Shown: positions 37,741 to 49,820 of the stretch, in pieces | How the letters are laid out: each line of letters opens with the position of its first letter | How positions within the stretch are numbered: the stretch's first letter is position 1 | Source: Mobula birostris | Taxonomy: Eukaryota | Length of the DNA stretch: 64,000 nt | Direction of reading: 5' to 3' | Assembly: GCF_030028105.1 (NCBI RefSeq) | Contig: NC_092382.1 | Coordinates: 53,891,764 to 53,955,763, forward strand | Position numbers and translations under genes: made by a program | Notes under the pieces: model-generated | Seen by the model: only the letters and a program-made list of their open reading frames with translations | What the model was told of the DNA's origin: nothing | The model's database searches: none

Positions 37741-38751
37741 CCAGTGTTAGATCCACAGTGTTTAGTCTGATACGTCTGAATGAAAATTGGAAGTCAACAT
37801 GCCATTTTCATATGGAAAAAAAATGTAGTGACTCAGCAATATTTCATGGGGATATAATTTGAAGATTTGGTTTTCCAGCGCAAAGTTTCAGTGTAGATAT
37901 AATGCATTGCATTTTATGTTGCTTAATTAGGTTTTAGTGGCAAATAATAGTCTAGGAATTTGCGGACAAATTATTGATTTTAATTTCTACTTCTGTTTAA
38001 ACAGAATATCGATAGGGAGATGGTGGTAGAATTGTGGCAGGTTTGGCTCAAGTCTTTAAAGACAGGTAGATTGGACAACACGTCACGTGTATTGGGTAAA
38101 GTGGTCAAGGTTTTCACTGGGAGAGGTTCAGTGCCTCATACCGAACGGTCCATCCGTGTGCACGAAAGGAGTGTTTCGCAATTGGTCAACATACGGCAGC
38201 TAATGTCGGGCGGGTGCATAACTTTTTCTTATCAAAGGTACCTGGAATATTGTTCAAGATCTCTTTTATATGCTCAGATGAACAGACGTACAACATATTT
38301 TATTGAGAAACATGTCATAAGTTGTTATTTCCGTCATTCAAGTGATTCGAAATAACTAGACCGAACGAAAGAAAAACAATGATTCTATCTCCCCCTTCAA
38401 TAAAGTGGAAGCTGATGTCCCGCTCTGAATATCGGAAGTGAACGTGCTCAGCCGAATGTCACAAAATAAACCTGTTTGAAGTTGATTATCCATATTGATT
38501 GTTCAGGATGAGTATTCATGTTAGAAGCAACACTGATCAGAAAATGTCCCATTTCAGCAACAGAAGCCAGGTGGCTTGGAAATTAATTTCTCAAAGTACA
38601 TTTTACCTTTTGTTTAAAAGTTAATAACTTGTAATATCCCTTGGAGTGACGACATTATAGCACGTTCTCAGGGTGAGAAAAACACTTTATTGTCAGGGTT
38701 TTTGCAACCGATTGTCACTAATGTGGCTAATGTGATTAACCACGTTAACTT

Positions 38752-38782
38752 CCTCAGTGGAATTGCTCTCACTTGCATATAA
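38752..38782 (+). promoter_or_regulatory. Conserved proximal motif and TATA-like box of copy B
   Basis: CCTCAGTGGAATTGCTC at 38752-38768 and CATATAA at 38776-38782, about 75 nt upstream of the ATG. Confidence 0.45.
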
Positions 38783-38857
38783 CTCTGTAAAACGGAACAC
38801 CAGTCCATATGAGCTGCCGGAACGTTTCGTACAACTGCACCCTTCTTCTGACGGACT

Positions 38858-40552
38858 ATGGGATATCCAGTGATTTATTACATCGCGGGCATTTTCTATC
38901 CTGCAATTGTAGCCATTGGTGTCCCTGGTAAGATACTGGAGCTGGTCACTTTACTTGTAGTGCCGTCGACCTGCTTTTGTTCTGCTGCACTGTACACACT
39001 TTTACTCAGCACAAATGCTACCCTTTTCTGAAAGGTGTCCCCAGAATGGATTCAAGTATCTGGTAGTTCTATCTTCATTTTCCATATTTTAATAGATGTG
39101 ATTGTTTTGTCATTTACGTTGATGCCGATATTGACATTGTTTCATAATTTCAACGCGCTCTGCTTTCCGAATATTCTCGGATACTGTTCTATACTTTCCT
39201 AGGTCGGAGTCTCCATCAGTAGAGACACTTCTACAGCAGAGCAGCATTTTCAAATGACCTGCCATTCTATTTTCAACACGCAAGTCTGTTATTCCATTTG
39301 TCAGTGAATTATAATTTATTCTTTACATCTCCTTGCATTCACTTTGTTCGATTATAAGTAATTCCTTCAGCCGTTTCACCTCGTGATGTTTACTGGGGCG
39401 ACTAACTTATAACCAGATATCGGATACCTGGCTCTACACGGTCGGAAGGTCGCCAACCCACTTCCACTCCAGTCCTTTATTGTCCACCAACCAGAGTGCA
39501 TCGATGGAGTCCACACACACTGGATTTCTGCTGGTCAACTGCAAAAAACAAGAAGGTTCCCTGCATTGCGTCGGGAAGATGGTGGGCATTCAGGGTGTTT
39601 CCGTTGATGATATTTCTGCTTTATTTTCTTTTTTTTTTCCAAATTTCTTGCAGTAAATTTAACGGCGATAGTGATTTTATCTCAGGGTAATTGCGGACTC
39701 TCCAAATGCATCACCCGTTACCTGGTTGGAATGGCAACAGCGGATCTGATGGTGGTTATCGTTGTTGCTTTAGTGGAACAGACCAACAATATCTACATTT
39801 ATTCCAGATCGCTGCTCATCACACCTGTATGTGCTCTGACACTCGTATTTTGGGTTGTGACGAGGGACTGTTCTGTTTGGTTTACGGTCAGTTTTACCTT
39901 CGATCGTTTCATCGCAATATGTCGTCGAAAGCTCGGGGAACGATACTGCACTGAGAGAACAACAACAGTGGTTATGATGACCGTGGTTATACTGAGCTGC
40001 GGGAGAAGTGTCCCGTTTTACTTTTCTGTTGAACCTTACGTCATCATTGACAACGTGCCGTGGCGTTGCTCCTTTACGTATGAATACGCCACTTTACCCG
40101 TTTGGAAAGGATACGAATTGCTGGACAGCATCTTAACACCGTTGCTGCCAATCTGCTTAATTCTGGTGTTCAATGGGTTAACAGTAAGACATATCATTGC
40201 GGCAAATAGAGTCCGCAAGGGGCTTCGGAACAGCAGTGATAATCAGAAAGATACCGAGGTTGCAAAACGCAGAAAATCGATGACTTTGATGTTTGCTATA
40301 TCAGCGAATTTCATATTATTTTGGATTCCTTATGTAGTTCACTCCCTGAAATGGCAAGCGCAAAACTATTTTTATCTGGACAGATATGTGAGTTCCCCGG
40401 TATATATACTACAGCAATTTGGATTCATGTTGCAAATTCTCAGTATGTGCACCAACACTTGTATCTATACACTGACACAGAGGAAATTCAGACAAGAGCT
40501 GAAGAATGGAATGAAGTATGTCTTTACATTAAATGGCCGTCTGTGTAGATAA
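38858..40552 (+). CDS. gpr139-like: GPR139/GPR142-like class A GPCR, copy B (2 exons: 38858-38927 and 39654-40552; 322 aa, intact)
   Basis: Exon 1 is MGYPVIYYIAGIFYPAIVAIGVP+G|GTAAG. Acceptor ttcttgcag| at 39653 gives a phase-1 join to V-NLTAIVILSQ; 969 nt in total. Motifs GVPVN..VILSQ, YL..MATADLMV, SVWFTVSFTFDRFIAIC, SVPFYF and FMLQILS..TNTCIY..RKFR parallel GPR139 (GLPAN..IILSQ, SIWITVPLTIDRYIAVC, SIPYYW, NFFLY..KRFR). Confidence 0.92.
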
Positions 40553-40587
40553 TACCCAGGTTTAATTGCAATTCAGTGGAGTTTTCG

Positions 40588-40593
40588 AATAAA
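40588..40593 (+). terminator. Poly(A) signal AATAAA of GPCR copy B
   Basis: 35 nt past the stop; same position in copy A. Confidence 0.5.
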
Positions 40594-41139
40594 ACAGTTT
40601 TAAAAATCAATACGTTTGGCAAATATGTCATAAATTCAAACAGTCATGTGCATGTCTATCTTCAAATTGCAAAATGCATGGAAGATTGCATACTTCATAC
40701 AGTTCAAGTAGAAAACTGGACAATTATCTCATGATAGACTCTGAGTTAAACTGAGAATCAGGAAGGGAGGTATCACTTGTTTCGACGTAATCTGTAGAGA
40801 CTACCGTCCCTCTCCCACGCCCATCATTAAAATAAAAGGAAGACAGAGCAGAACTGATCGAGAGATAGATGTTGTTCAGGTGCTGTATTAACATGGTTGT
40901 TGTCACAGGCAACTTATACTTCACTGACAATTATTGGCACTTCCTCAGGTAAAAGGAATTCTCAGTTGTGTCGACGAAGGAGTACTGACACAAGAAACGG
41001 ACATGCGGACTAGAGAACAGCCCATCCTGGATCTAGTCCCGGTCAGCATTTCAGAACGATACAATTCAGCTACTTGACATTTATTAATACCTTACATAGG
41101 GATAGGAGCAGCCAGTATGGAATGTATTTAAATGTTCCT

Positions 41140-42030
41140 ATTAGGTAGGAACTTGGGAGCCGAATTTGGTACATGATGTTATCCTTCAAATGCTCAACAG
41201 AAATGTGCATATTATTAATAGATCACTTGATTCGGGTTCGGTATAGGCTTGTATCATTGAGGCAGGGAACGGATGGTCGCGTGAAGTAACCCTGGTTGAC
41301 AAGAGATATGAAACAGCTCGTCAAATGGAAGAAAGGATGATGCATAAGTTTTACGAATATAGGATCAGGCAGGGCTATGGACAGCCACAGTGTAGCCAGG
41401 AAGGAATTTAACAAAGGACTTAGAAGAGTTCGAAGGGGACATGAGAAGCCCTCGGAGTGTCGCATTAGAGAGAGGGTGGGACATATCAGTGATAAAAGAG
41501 GAGCATGGATCTGGAGTGCCAGAAGTCAGTGAAGGTCCTTACTGTTACCTTGCGTCGGTATTCACCAGTGAGCGTGACCTTGATTAATGTGATACAGCGA
41601 AAAAATGGAAACATTGTGCTGCGACATGCCTACTCGTAGGATTATGCACTGGAAACTCGGAAAATATTAAAATAATTAATTCCTTGATACCGGAAGGGAT
41701 GTATTCCTGGCATTTGGAAAAAGTGAGCAAATATATTACTGCCCTTTTGGACAAGCCATAAGTAGTACCGCAGGACTTGAGGATGAGAAATCATATACCT
41801 TTGTTCAAGAAATTTAATAGGGACAGTCTTCAGAATTATAGGCCGGTGACTCTTCCTGAATAGCTGAGCTTTATCAATAGTGGGCAAGCTATTCAGAGGA
41901 TTTTGAGAGAGGGAATTTATAAATATCTGGAGAAACGTGTTCTGGTTGGACAGAGTCAGCACGGTTTTGTGGGGCAGGTCATCCCTTATGAGACTCACTG
42001 AATTATTTGAAAAAGTGAAAAATATATGTA
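41140..42030 (+). mobile_element. Old CR1 ORF2 fragment
   Basis: Decayed PLFKK, NYRPV and QHGF..GRS blocks. Confidence 0.65.
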
Positions 42031-43989
42031 TAAAATTAGAACAGACAAAACTCAACATCAGCATTTCAATGACTTCGGCGGTATCGTTTAGTGCACACCC
42101 CCCCTCCCCGCCCCCAAATGAACCAGCCTCCCAAAATGCAAATTTCGAATTCGCAATTCAAGTACACACTAATTTTTCCTAAAGTGAATTTACCTTCGAA
42201 AAGTGGGTTTATCTTAAACGGAGTAGACACACGCACATCTTCGCCCTTTAAACCGTGATTCCACGTGGCCGGCGTGGAATCTGCGTCTCCCTCTGAAATC
42301 AATAACAATGGAAACAAATAAAAGAACAAAATGTAAATGTGCAGGTAAGGCAAAAACAAAGGTCCAAACTTGCACTTCATTACCTTCAAAACAGTTTCAG
42401 GTACCTGGCCTATACAGAGCAAACAGTTGATGCCAGAGTTAAATTACTTAGGAGTGATATTCTGCTTTCACTTTCCTGCCCCTGTTTCCTTACATTGTGA
42501 CTTCTCTCTGCTCGCAAGTGGAGTAGTGGCGCCGACAGTAGTACTGGGTTCTTTCGTTTGTATGGTGGCCGGATTCGTTTGCAACGAGCTGCCTATCACG
42601 GGTATAGTCGTGCGGGGCTGCATCACTACGTCCATCACTAAAGTCTCATCCTATTGCAGATGCAAAACCCCATATTATTTCTCTCTGAATGGGCCAGTTG
42701 GCCCTGGACCTATCTGCTTTGGACACTTCATGTGATCTCTAGTATTATTTTTCTTTTCTCTGATATTGATTACCCTATCAGGTTCGTACTTTGTTTAAAT
42801 CAGTACACGTTGTCCTTGAGCTTTCCACTTCGCTGCAAGCTGAAATCATTCCAATCACTCACTCTTTAGCGAGATTTCTAAAACTGATTTAAGTGCGTAA
42901 TTTCCCGCTCCTCTTACCCCCACCGCCCTGGCAAATAAGTAGGATTTTCCTTAAGGTGAATATCTTCTCTTCAAGCCGGATCGCTACATTATGCAGCGCT
43001 TCATTGCTTCTTTTAATCATTCCCGCTGTACTTTAGGTTACCGCCGACATTCTACCCAATGCTCAATTAAGCATCATTCTGCTTTGACTTCGTTTAAATT
43101 CTGTTCCGAACATCTTCCGATGGGTAATCATCCAAACCCTAATATAGCGTTTTAAAATTTTTACTCATACCTCCATGACCAGCGAACTCTCTACATTGAG
43201 GATAGTTCCTCGTAACGCTCTTCTCCATCAGAGCATTAAAATAAATATATAAAAAAATAATATGCCATCAGAGCACATCTCCATGTGCGCTGATGGAGAG
43301 TACTTCTGCATCAGAGAATATTAAAAGAAAACACGGTCTGAGGGTGATGTTATAGTTAGACTTTAATTTCCCAAATATTGAGTGGGAGAACCCAATGACT
43401 AATGGATTACAATAAAGTTAATTCATTGAGATTCGAAATGATTACTTTTGAACCAATATGTTAAACGCCAACAAACGGAGAGTCCTGTCTATATTTGAAC
43501 GTTCTGTAATCGACAGGGCAGAATTTAGTGTACGGAATCTTTTAAGCCTTTTGGAACAAGTAACCATAACGTTGTTAGTCTCGAAGTTTTTGTGAGAGTG
43601 TATCAGTAAAAGCCAAAACAAATAAATTGAATTTCAGAAAGACAATGTCTGTGCAGATGCAGCTGACACTTTAGAGGGTGAACTGGAAGGAACTGCTCGG
43701 AATTGAGCCAGCTGAGGAGCAAAAGAGTCATTGTTTTCACAGGAAATCCAGGAAATGTTCATACCCAAGGTCGGAAGAAACAAGAAAAGCATAGATCAAT
43801 GCTCAAAGTACAAAGTAAAATATATTATCAGTGTACATATGTGACACCACATACAGCCCTGAGATTATTCTTCTGTGGGTTTACTTAGTAAATCTATAGA
43901 AGAGAGCAAAGATGAATGAAGATATGCATAAAAAGATTGAAGCAAAAGGCAACTGTACAAGGAGAACAACACAAAAGTTGTACAACAAA

Positions 43990-44420
43990 AATGGGGCAGC
44001 AGGCTGAGGGTAGCAGACACCAATAGAATCAACAAACTCATTCGTAAGGCCAGTGATGTTGTAGGGATGGAACTGGAATTTCTCACGCTGGTGTCTGAAA
44101 AGAGGATGCTGTCTAAGTTGCATGCCATCTTGGTCAATGTCTCCCATCCACTACATAATGTACTGGGTGGGCACAGGAGTACATTCAGCCAGAGACTCCT
44201 TCCACCGAGATGCAACACGGAGCGTCATAGGAAGTCATTCCTGCCTGTGGCCATCAAACTTTACAACTCCTCCCTTGGAGGGTCAGACACCCTGATCCAA
44301 TAGGCAAGTCCTGGACTTATTTCCTGGCATAATTTACTTATTACTATTTAATCATTTATGGTGCAACTGTAACGAAAATCATTTTCCCCCGGGGCCAATA
44401 AAGTATGACTCTGATGTGAC
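43990..44420 (+). mobile_element. Rex-Babar LINE 3' fragment (specific to the right duplication arm)
   Basis: ORF 44067-44303 SHPLHNVL...PRCNTERHRKSFLPVAIKLYN; AATAAA plus a tatgac-type tail. Confidence 0.8.
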
Positions 44421-45760
44421 TAAAAATATAGGAAGCATTTTACCTATAGGGCACATAAAAATATGAGAGCCAGAGTGAAGAGAGAAATTCTGATTATCAA
44501 AAGGCAGGTTGAGAAGGATATTGCCGATAATGCTAAAACTGACACGAAGAGATATTTTTCTTCAATTATTTAGTAGTACTGTAATGGAAAAGTCATGGAG
44601 GAAGTTAGGTTTATTGGAAATAATAGTGAGGTGTTAAATTATGCTGAGAATGACATAGCGGCTGCTGTTAACACATATTTCGCTGAAGCATTCACCTGCG
44701 AAGATGTTAGCGATATGCCAGTAATGTAGGGAGAAAAAGAAAGGATACCTTAAGTTAATTAGACACCTTAGAAAGTGAGGTAATGTTCATCTGAAAAAGC
44801 TGAAAGTTAAAAAATCTCCAGGGCCAGACAAAAGATATCCAAGGGTACTTTAAGAGCTCTGTGATTCCATATACAAACCACAAATATGTATTTTTCAAAA
44901 GTGTTTGACGACTAGAGAAATCCCTACGGAGTGAAAATTGGCTAAATTTGTCGCTGTATATAAGAATGCGAAACATAAGTAGCTGGTAAGATCCAGCATG
45001 TTAGCAGAAAGAAAACATTGGTTCAGAAACCGGAAAATATGTTTCACTAATATGCTGAAGTTCTATGATAAATAAAAAAATAATAATAATAATAATAATG
45101 AAAACATTAGAGCGGTTGACATCATGTATGTAGACTTTCAGTTTATGTTAATCGTCAAATTACAGGAGGTGGGGAATCAGACAAAAGTATGCGAATGGGT
45201 GGAGAATTGGCTCAAAAGCAGAAAACAACAAGTTATGGTGGGAGGATCAATTTCACACAGAGAAGATGTTAGAAGTGGAGTCCCGCAGATATCGGTTTTG
45301 GGATGGCTGCTGTTTTAAATTTACATTAATGATTTGAATAAGCACATAGCAACTAGACTTTTAACGTTTGCCGATGACACAGGGGATAGGCTGATAACAT
45401 GCAGACAGCAGAATCAATACAGTCAGATCTAAACAAAATCCAGATGTGAGCAGATAAACATCAGAACATTTAATGTAAATAAATATAAAGTATTGCATTT
45501 AGGAAATAGATATATGAGATCTAAATAAACAATAGCGGGTATTGAGTTATATAGTATGAGAAGGATTTGAGAGTCGTGTTAGACTCATCACTATCAATAT
45601 CTAGAGAACACAAAAAGCGATTAAGAATGCGAAAGCAATGTTGGGCTATAGAATGCGCTAAGTGATGTTCATGTTTAGAGACGTTTACTTTATCTGTACA
45701 ATGCGCTTCTGAGGACACATTTGAGTACTGTGAACAATCTTGATCTCCAATAATTGTGGA
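44420..45760 (+). mobile_element. Ancient CR1-like RT relic
   Basis: YVDFQ, WVENWL..RKQQV, SGVPQISVLG and FADDT remnants. Confidence 0.7.
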
Positions 45761-47074
45761 TCACGCAATTGTTGTGTATTTCAAAAACCATGATTTCCTA
45801 TCTGTTCAACCGTCTCTATTCCTTCTCACTCTCTGGTTTTCTGAAGATTAACGGAGAGAGGGCCAAAGAGTGTCCAGACTAATAATAGAACGGAAAGATG
45901 GGCAAAAAGCGTCCATCTAGTAGTGGATTAGAGCAAGGGGCAAAGACAGACCATACAGCTGGTTGAGCGGAGGGAAGACCAAAGAGTAACCAGACAAATA
46001 GTGGAACGTAGAGTCATAGCATCAGCTTTTGTTATTATTGTGGTAATGGCGTCAAGAATGACCAGTCGATTGTGAGGAATTTACTCACTGCATCTTTTTT
46101 ATCACCACCTTCGGACATGTTTACACTTCTACTGTTCTAGGAAAAGCTACAGTTTTCCTACATATTTTTATTGCCAATAATACAAAATAAATTTGGGGAG
46201 AAATTTCTCATGATCTCTTGCATTCCCTTCGGCGCTCCATTGTTCAACATTAACTCTTTGTTTTGAAATGTCGACACATACAAAGCTCTTCTTTTCTGAT
46301 GTAGCATCCCTGGGTTAGCATTTTACACACTTCAAAATCTATGTTGCATACGGCTGCACACGCGTTTAACATACTGAACACGCTGTGATGAACGCTACGA
46401 ATACAAATGCCTTCCTTTATTTATTTTTCGAACAGGCTGCAAACAACCACAAGAAGAAAAAAAAAATGGAAATCCTATAGGAGATTACTTACAGTCAAGT
46501 AGAGCTGCAGTTAACCCGTTGCATTTCGGTATTTACATGCTGACAGGTTACACCTTGTTGTGGGTTTGTGCAACTGAAAATAAAACAATGAAATATGAAC
46601 ACCAATATTGTTCAAATAAGAAAATATTTTCCAAAGTATAAACGCTCACAGTAAGTTCATTATGAAAATATCAATGTTTTGCCACTTGCTCCTTGACTTC
46701 CATTTGGTTGCAGGAATTATCAGTTGAAAACGCAAAAAAATAGGGTTTTAATTATTACTGAAAATAATATATATAGGGCACATCAGAGCAACTGTTGTGC
46801 CAAATGAAACCAAATAGTGCCAGTAAAAAAAACAAATAAGTTTGATAATATTTGCTGTAAAATGTTGTGAAAGTTTGTACTTTCCAAGGAACCGAATGAA
46901 AGAAGGTTGTTCAGCAGTCTACTTGGTATAACTTTGTTGATAATTCCCATTTGCTCCTGTTAGTTCCTGCAATCTAATAGAAATCAAGGCAGGAAATGCA
47001 AAATATTGATACTTTGAGAATGAACTTACCATGAACGTTTGTACTTTGGAAACGAATCTCTTATTCGAACCATA

Positions 47075-49820
47075 TCAATATTCTTGGATTTCAGTGCTTT
47101 AAAAGGGATACGCCGCGGTGGGGGCGGGGGGAGGGCGGTGTGGAAAGGGGAGAAGAGACGGCATTACTGGTCAGGGATACTATAACAGCTACAGAAAGGG
47201 TGGGTACTGTAGCAGGATCCTCTTTTGAGTCAGTAAGGGTAGGTGACAGGAACAGGAAGGGAGCACTTACAATATTGGGAGTATTCTATAGGCCCCCTAG
47301 TAGCAGCAGAGATACCGCGGAGCAGATTGGGAGGCAGTTTTGGAAGGGTGTAAAGATAACAGGGTTGTTAACTTGGGTGACTTTAACTTCCCTAATATTG
47401 ATTGGCACCTGATTAGTTCCAATGGTTTAGACGGGGCAGAGTTTGCTCAGTGTGTCCAGGATGGATTCGTGTCACAGTCTGTTGACAGGCCAACCAGGGG
47501 GAATGCCATACTATCTAGTACTAGGTAATGAACCGGGTCAGGTCACAGATCTCTCAGTGGATGAGCAACTGGAGGACAGTGACCACCGCTCCCTGGCCTT
47601 TAGCATTGTCATGGAAAAGAATAGAATCAAAGAGGACAGGAAAATTTTTAAGTGGGGAAAGGCAAATTATGAGGCTATAAGGCTAGAACTTGCGGGTCTG
47701 AATTGGGATGATGTTTTTGCAGGGAGATGTACTATGGACATGTGGTCAATGTTTAGAGATCTCTTGGGGGATGTAAGGGATAAATTTGTCCAGGTGAGGA
47801 AGATAAAGAATGGTAGGGTGAAGGAACCATGGGTGACAAGTGAGGTGGAAAATCTAGTCGGGAGGAAGAAGGCAGCATACATGAGGTTTAGGAAGCAAGG
47901 ATCAGATGGGTCTATTGAGGAATATAGGGAAGCAAGAAAGGAGCTTAAGAAGGGGCTGAGAAGAGCAAGAAGGGGGCATGAGAAGGCCTTGGCGAGTAGG
48001 GTAAAGGAAAACCCCAAGGCATTCTTCAATTATGTGAAGAATAAAAGGATGACAGGAGTGAAGGAGGACCGATTAGAGATAAAGGTGGGAAGATGTATCT
48101 GGAGGCTGTGGAAGTGAGCGAGGTCCTCAATGAATACTTCTCTTCGGTATTCACCAATGAGAGGGAACTTGATGATGGTGAGGACAATATGAGTGAGGTT
48201 GATGTTCTGGAGCATGCTGATATTAAGGGAGAGGAGGTGTTGGAGTTGTTAAAATACATTAGGACAGATAAGTCCCCAGGGCCTGACGGAATATTCCCCA
48301 GGCTGTTCCATGAGGCGAGAGAAGAGATTGCTGAGCCACTGGCTAGGATCTTTATGTCCTCGTTGTCCACGGGAATGGTACCGGAGGATTGGAGGGAGGC
48401 GAATGTTGTTCCCTTGTTCAAAAAAGGTAGTAGGGATAGTCCGGGTAATTATAGACCAGTGAGCCTTACGTCTGGTGGGAAAGCTGTTGGAAAAGATTCT
48501 TAGAGATAGGATCTATAGGCATTTAGAGAATCATGGTCTGATCAGGGACAGTCAGCATGTCTTTGTGAAGGGCAGATCGTGTCTAACAAGCCTGAGCAAA
48601 TAGAGTTCTTTGAGGAGGTGACCAGGCATATAGATGAGGCTAGTGCAGTGGATGTGATCTATATGGATTTTAGTAAGGTATTTGACAAGGTTCCACACGG
48701 TAGGCTTATTCAGAAAGTTAGAAGGCATGAGATCCAGGGAAGTTTGGCCAGGTGGATTCAGAATTGGCTTGCCTGCAGAAGGCAGAGGGTGGTGGTGGAG
48801 GGAGTACATTCAGATTGGAGGATTGTGACTAGTGGTGTCCCACAAGGATCTGTTCTGGGACGTCTACTTTTCGTGATTTTTATTAACGACCTGGATGTGG
48901 GGGTAGAAGGATGGGTTGGCAAGTTTGCAGATAACACAAAGGTTGGTGGTGTTGTAGATAGTGTAGAGGATTGTCACAGATTGCAGAGAGACATTGATAT
49001 GATGCAGAAGTGGGCTGAGAAGTGGCAGATGGAGTTCAACCTGGAGAAGTGTGAGGTGGTACACTTTGGAAGGACAAACTCCAAGGCAGAGTACAAAGTA
49101 AATGGCAGGATACTTGATAGTGTGGAGGAGCAGAGGAATCTGGGTGTACATGTCCACAGATCACTGGAAGTTGCCTCACAGGTGGATAGGGTAGTTAAGA
49201 AAGCTTATGGGGTGTTAGCTTTCATAAGTCGAGGGATAGAGTTTACGAGTCGCGATGTAATGATGCAGCTCTATAAAACTCTGGTTAGGCCACACTTGGA
49301 GTACTGTGTCCATTTCTGGTCACCTCACTATAAGAAGGATGTGGAAGCATTGGAAAGGGTACAGAGGAGATTTACCAGGATGCTGCCTGGTTTAAAGAGT
49401 ATGGATTATGATCAGAGATTAAGAGAGCTAGGGCTTTACTCTCTGGAGAGAAGGATGAGGAGAAGAGACAAGATAGAGATATACAAAATATTAAGAGGAA
49501 TAGAAGAGAACAGCTAGCGCCTCTTCCCCGGGGCACCACTGCTTAATACAAGAGGACATGGTTTTAACGTAAGGGATGGGAAGTTCAAGGGGGATATTAG
49601 AGGAAGGTTTTTACTCAGAGAGAGTGGTTGGTGCGTGGAATGCACTCCCTGAGTCAGTGGTGAAGGCAGATACACTAGTGAAATTTAAGAGACTACAAGA
49701 CAGTTATATCTAGTAATTTAAGGTGGGGGGTTATATGGGAGGAAGTGTTTAAAGGTCGACACAACATTGTGGGCCGAAGGGTCTGTACTGTGCTGTATTG
49801 TTCTTTGTTCTTTGTTCTGT
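47075..49820 (+). mobile_element. Relatively young CR1 LINE, near-complete ORF2 with a few frameshifts
   Basis: ORFs 47140-47412, 47443-48117, 48093-48503 and 48579-49517 (YMDFSKVFDKVPH, GVPQGSVLG, FADNTK, RPHLEYC); (TTCTTTG)n tail. Confidence 0.93.

Larger units (their letters stand above)
38320..44540 (+). repeat. Right arm of inverted segmental duplication
   Basis: Collinear with the reverse complement of 17760-25085, including a shared Rex-type tail insertion (18620-18740~43800-43910). Confidence 0.85.
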
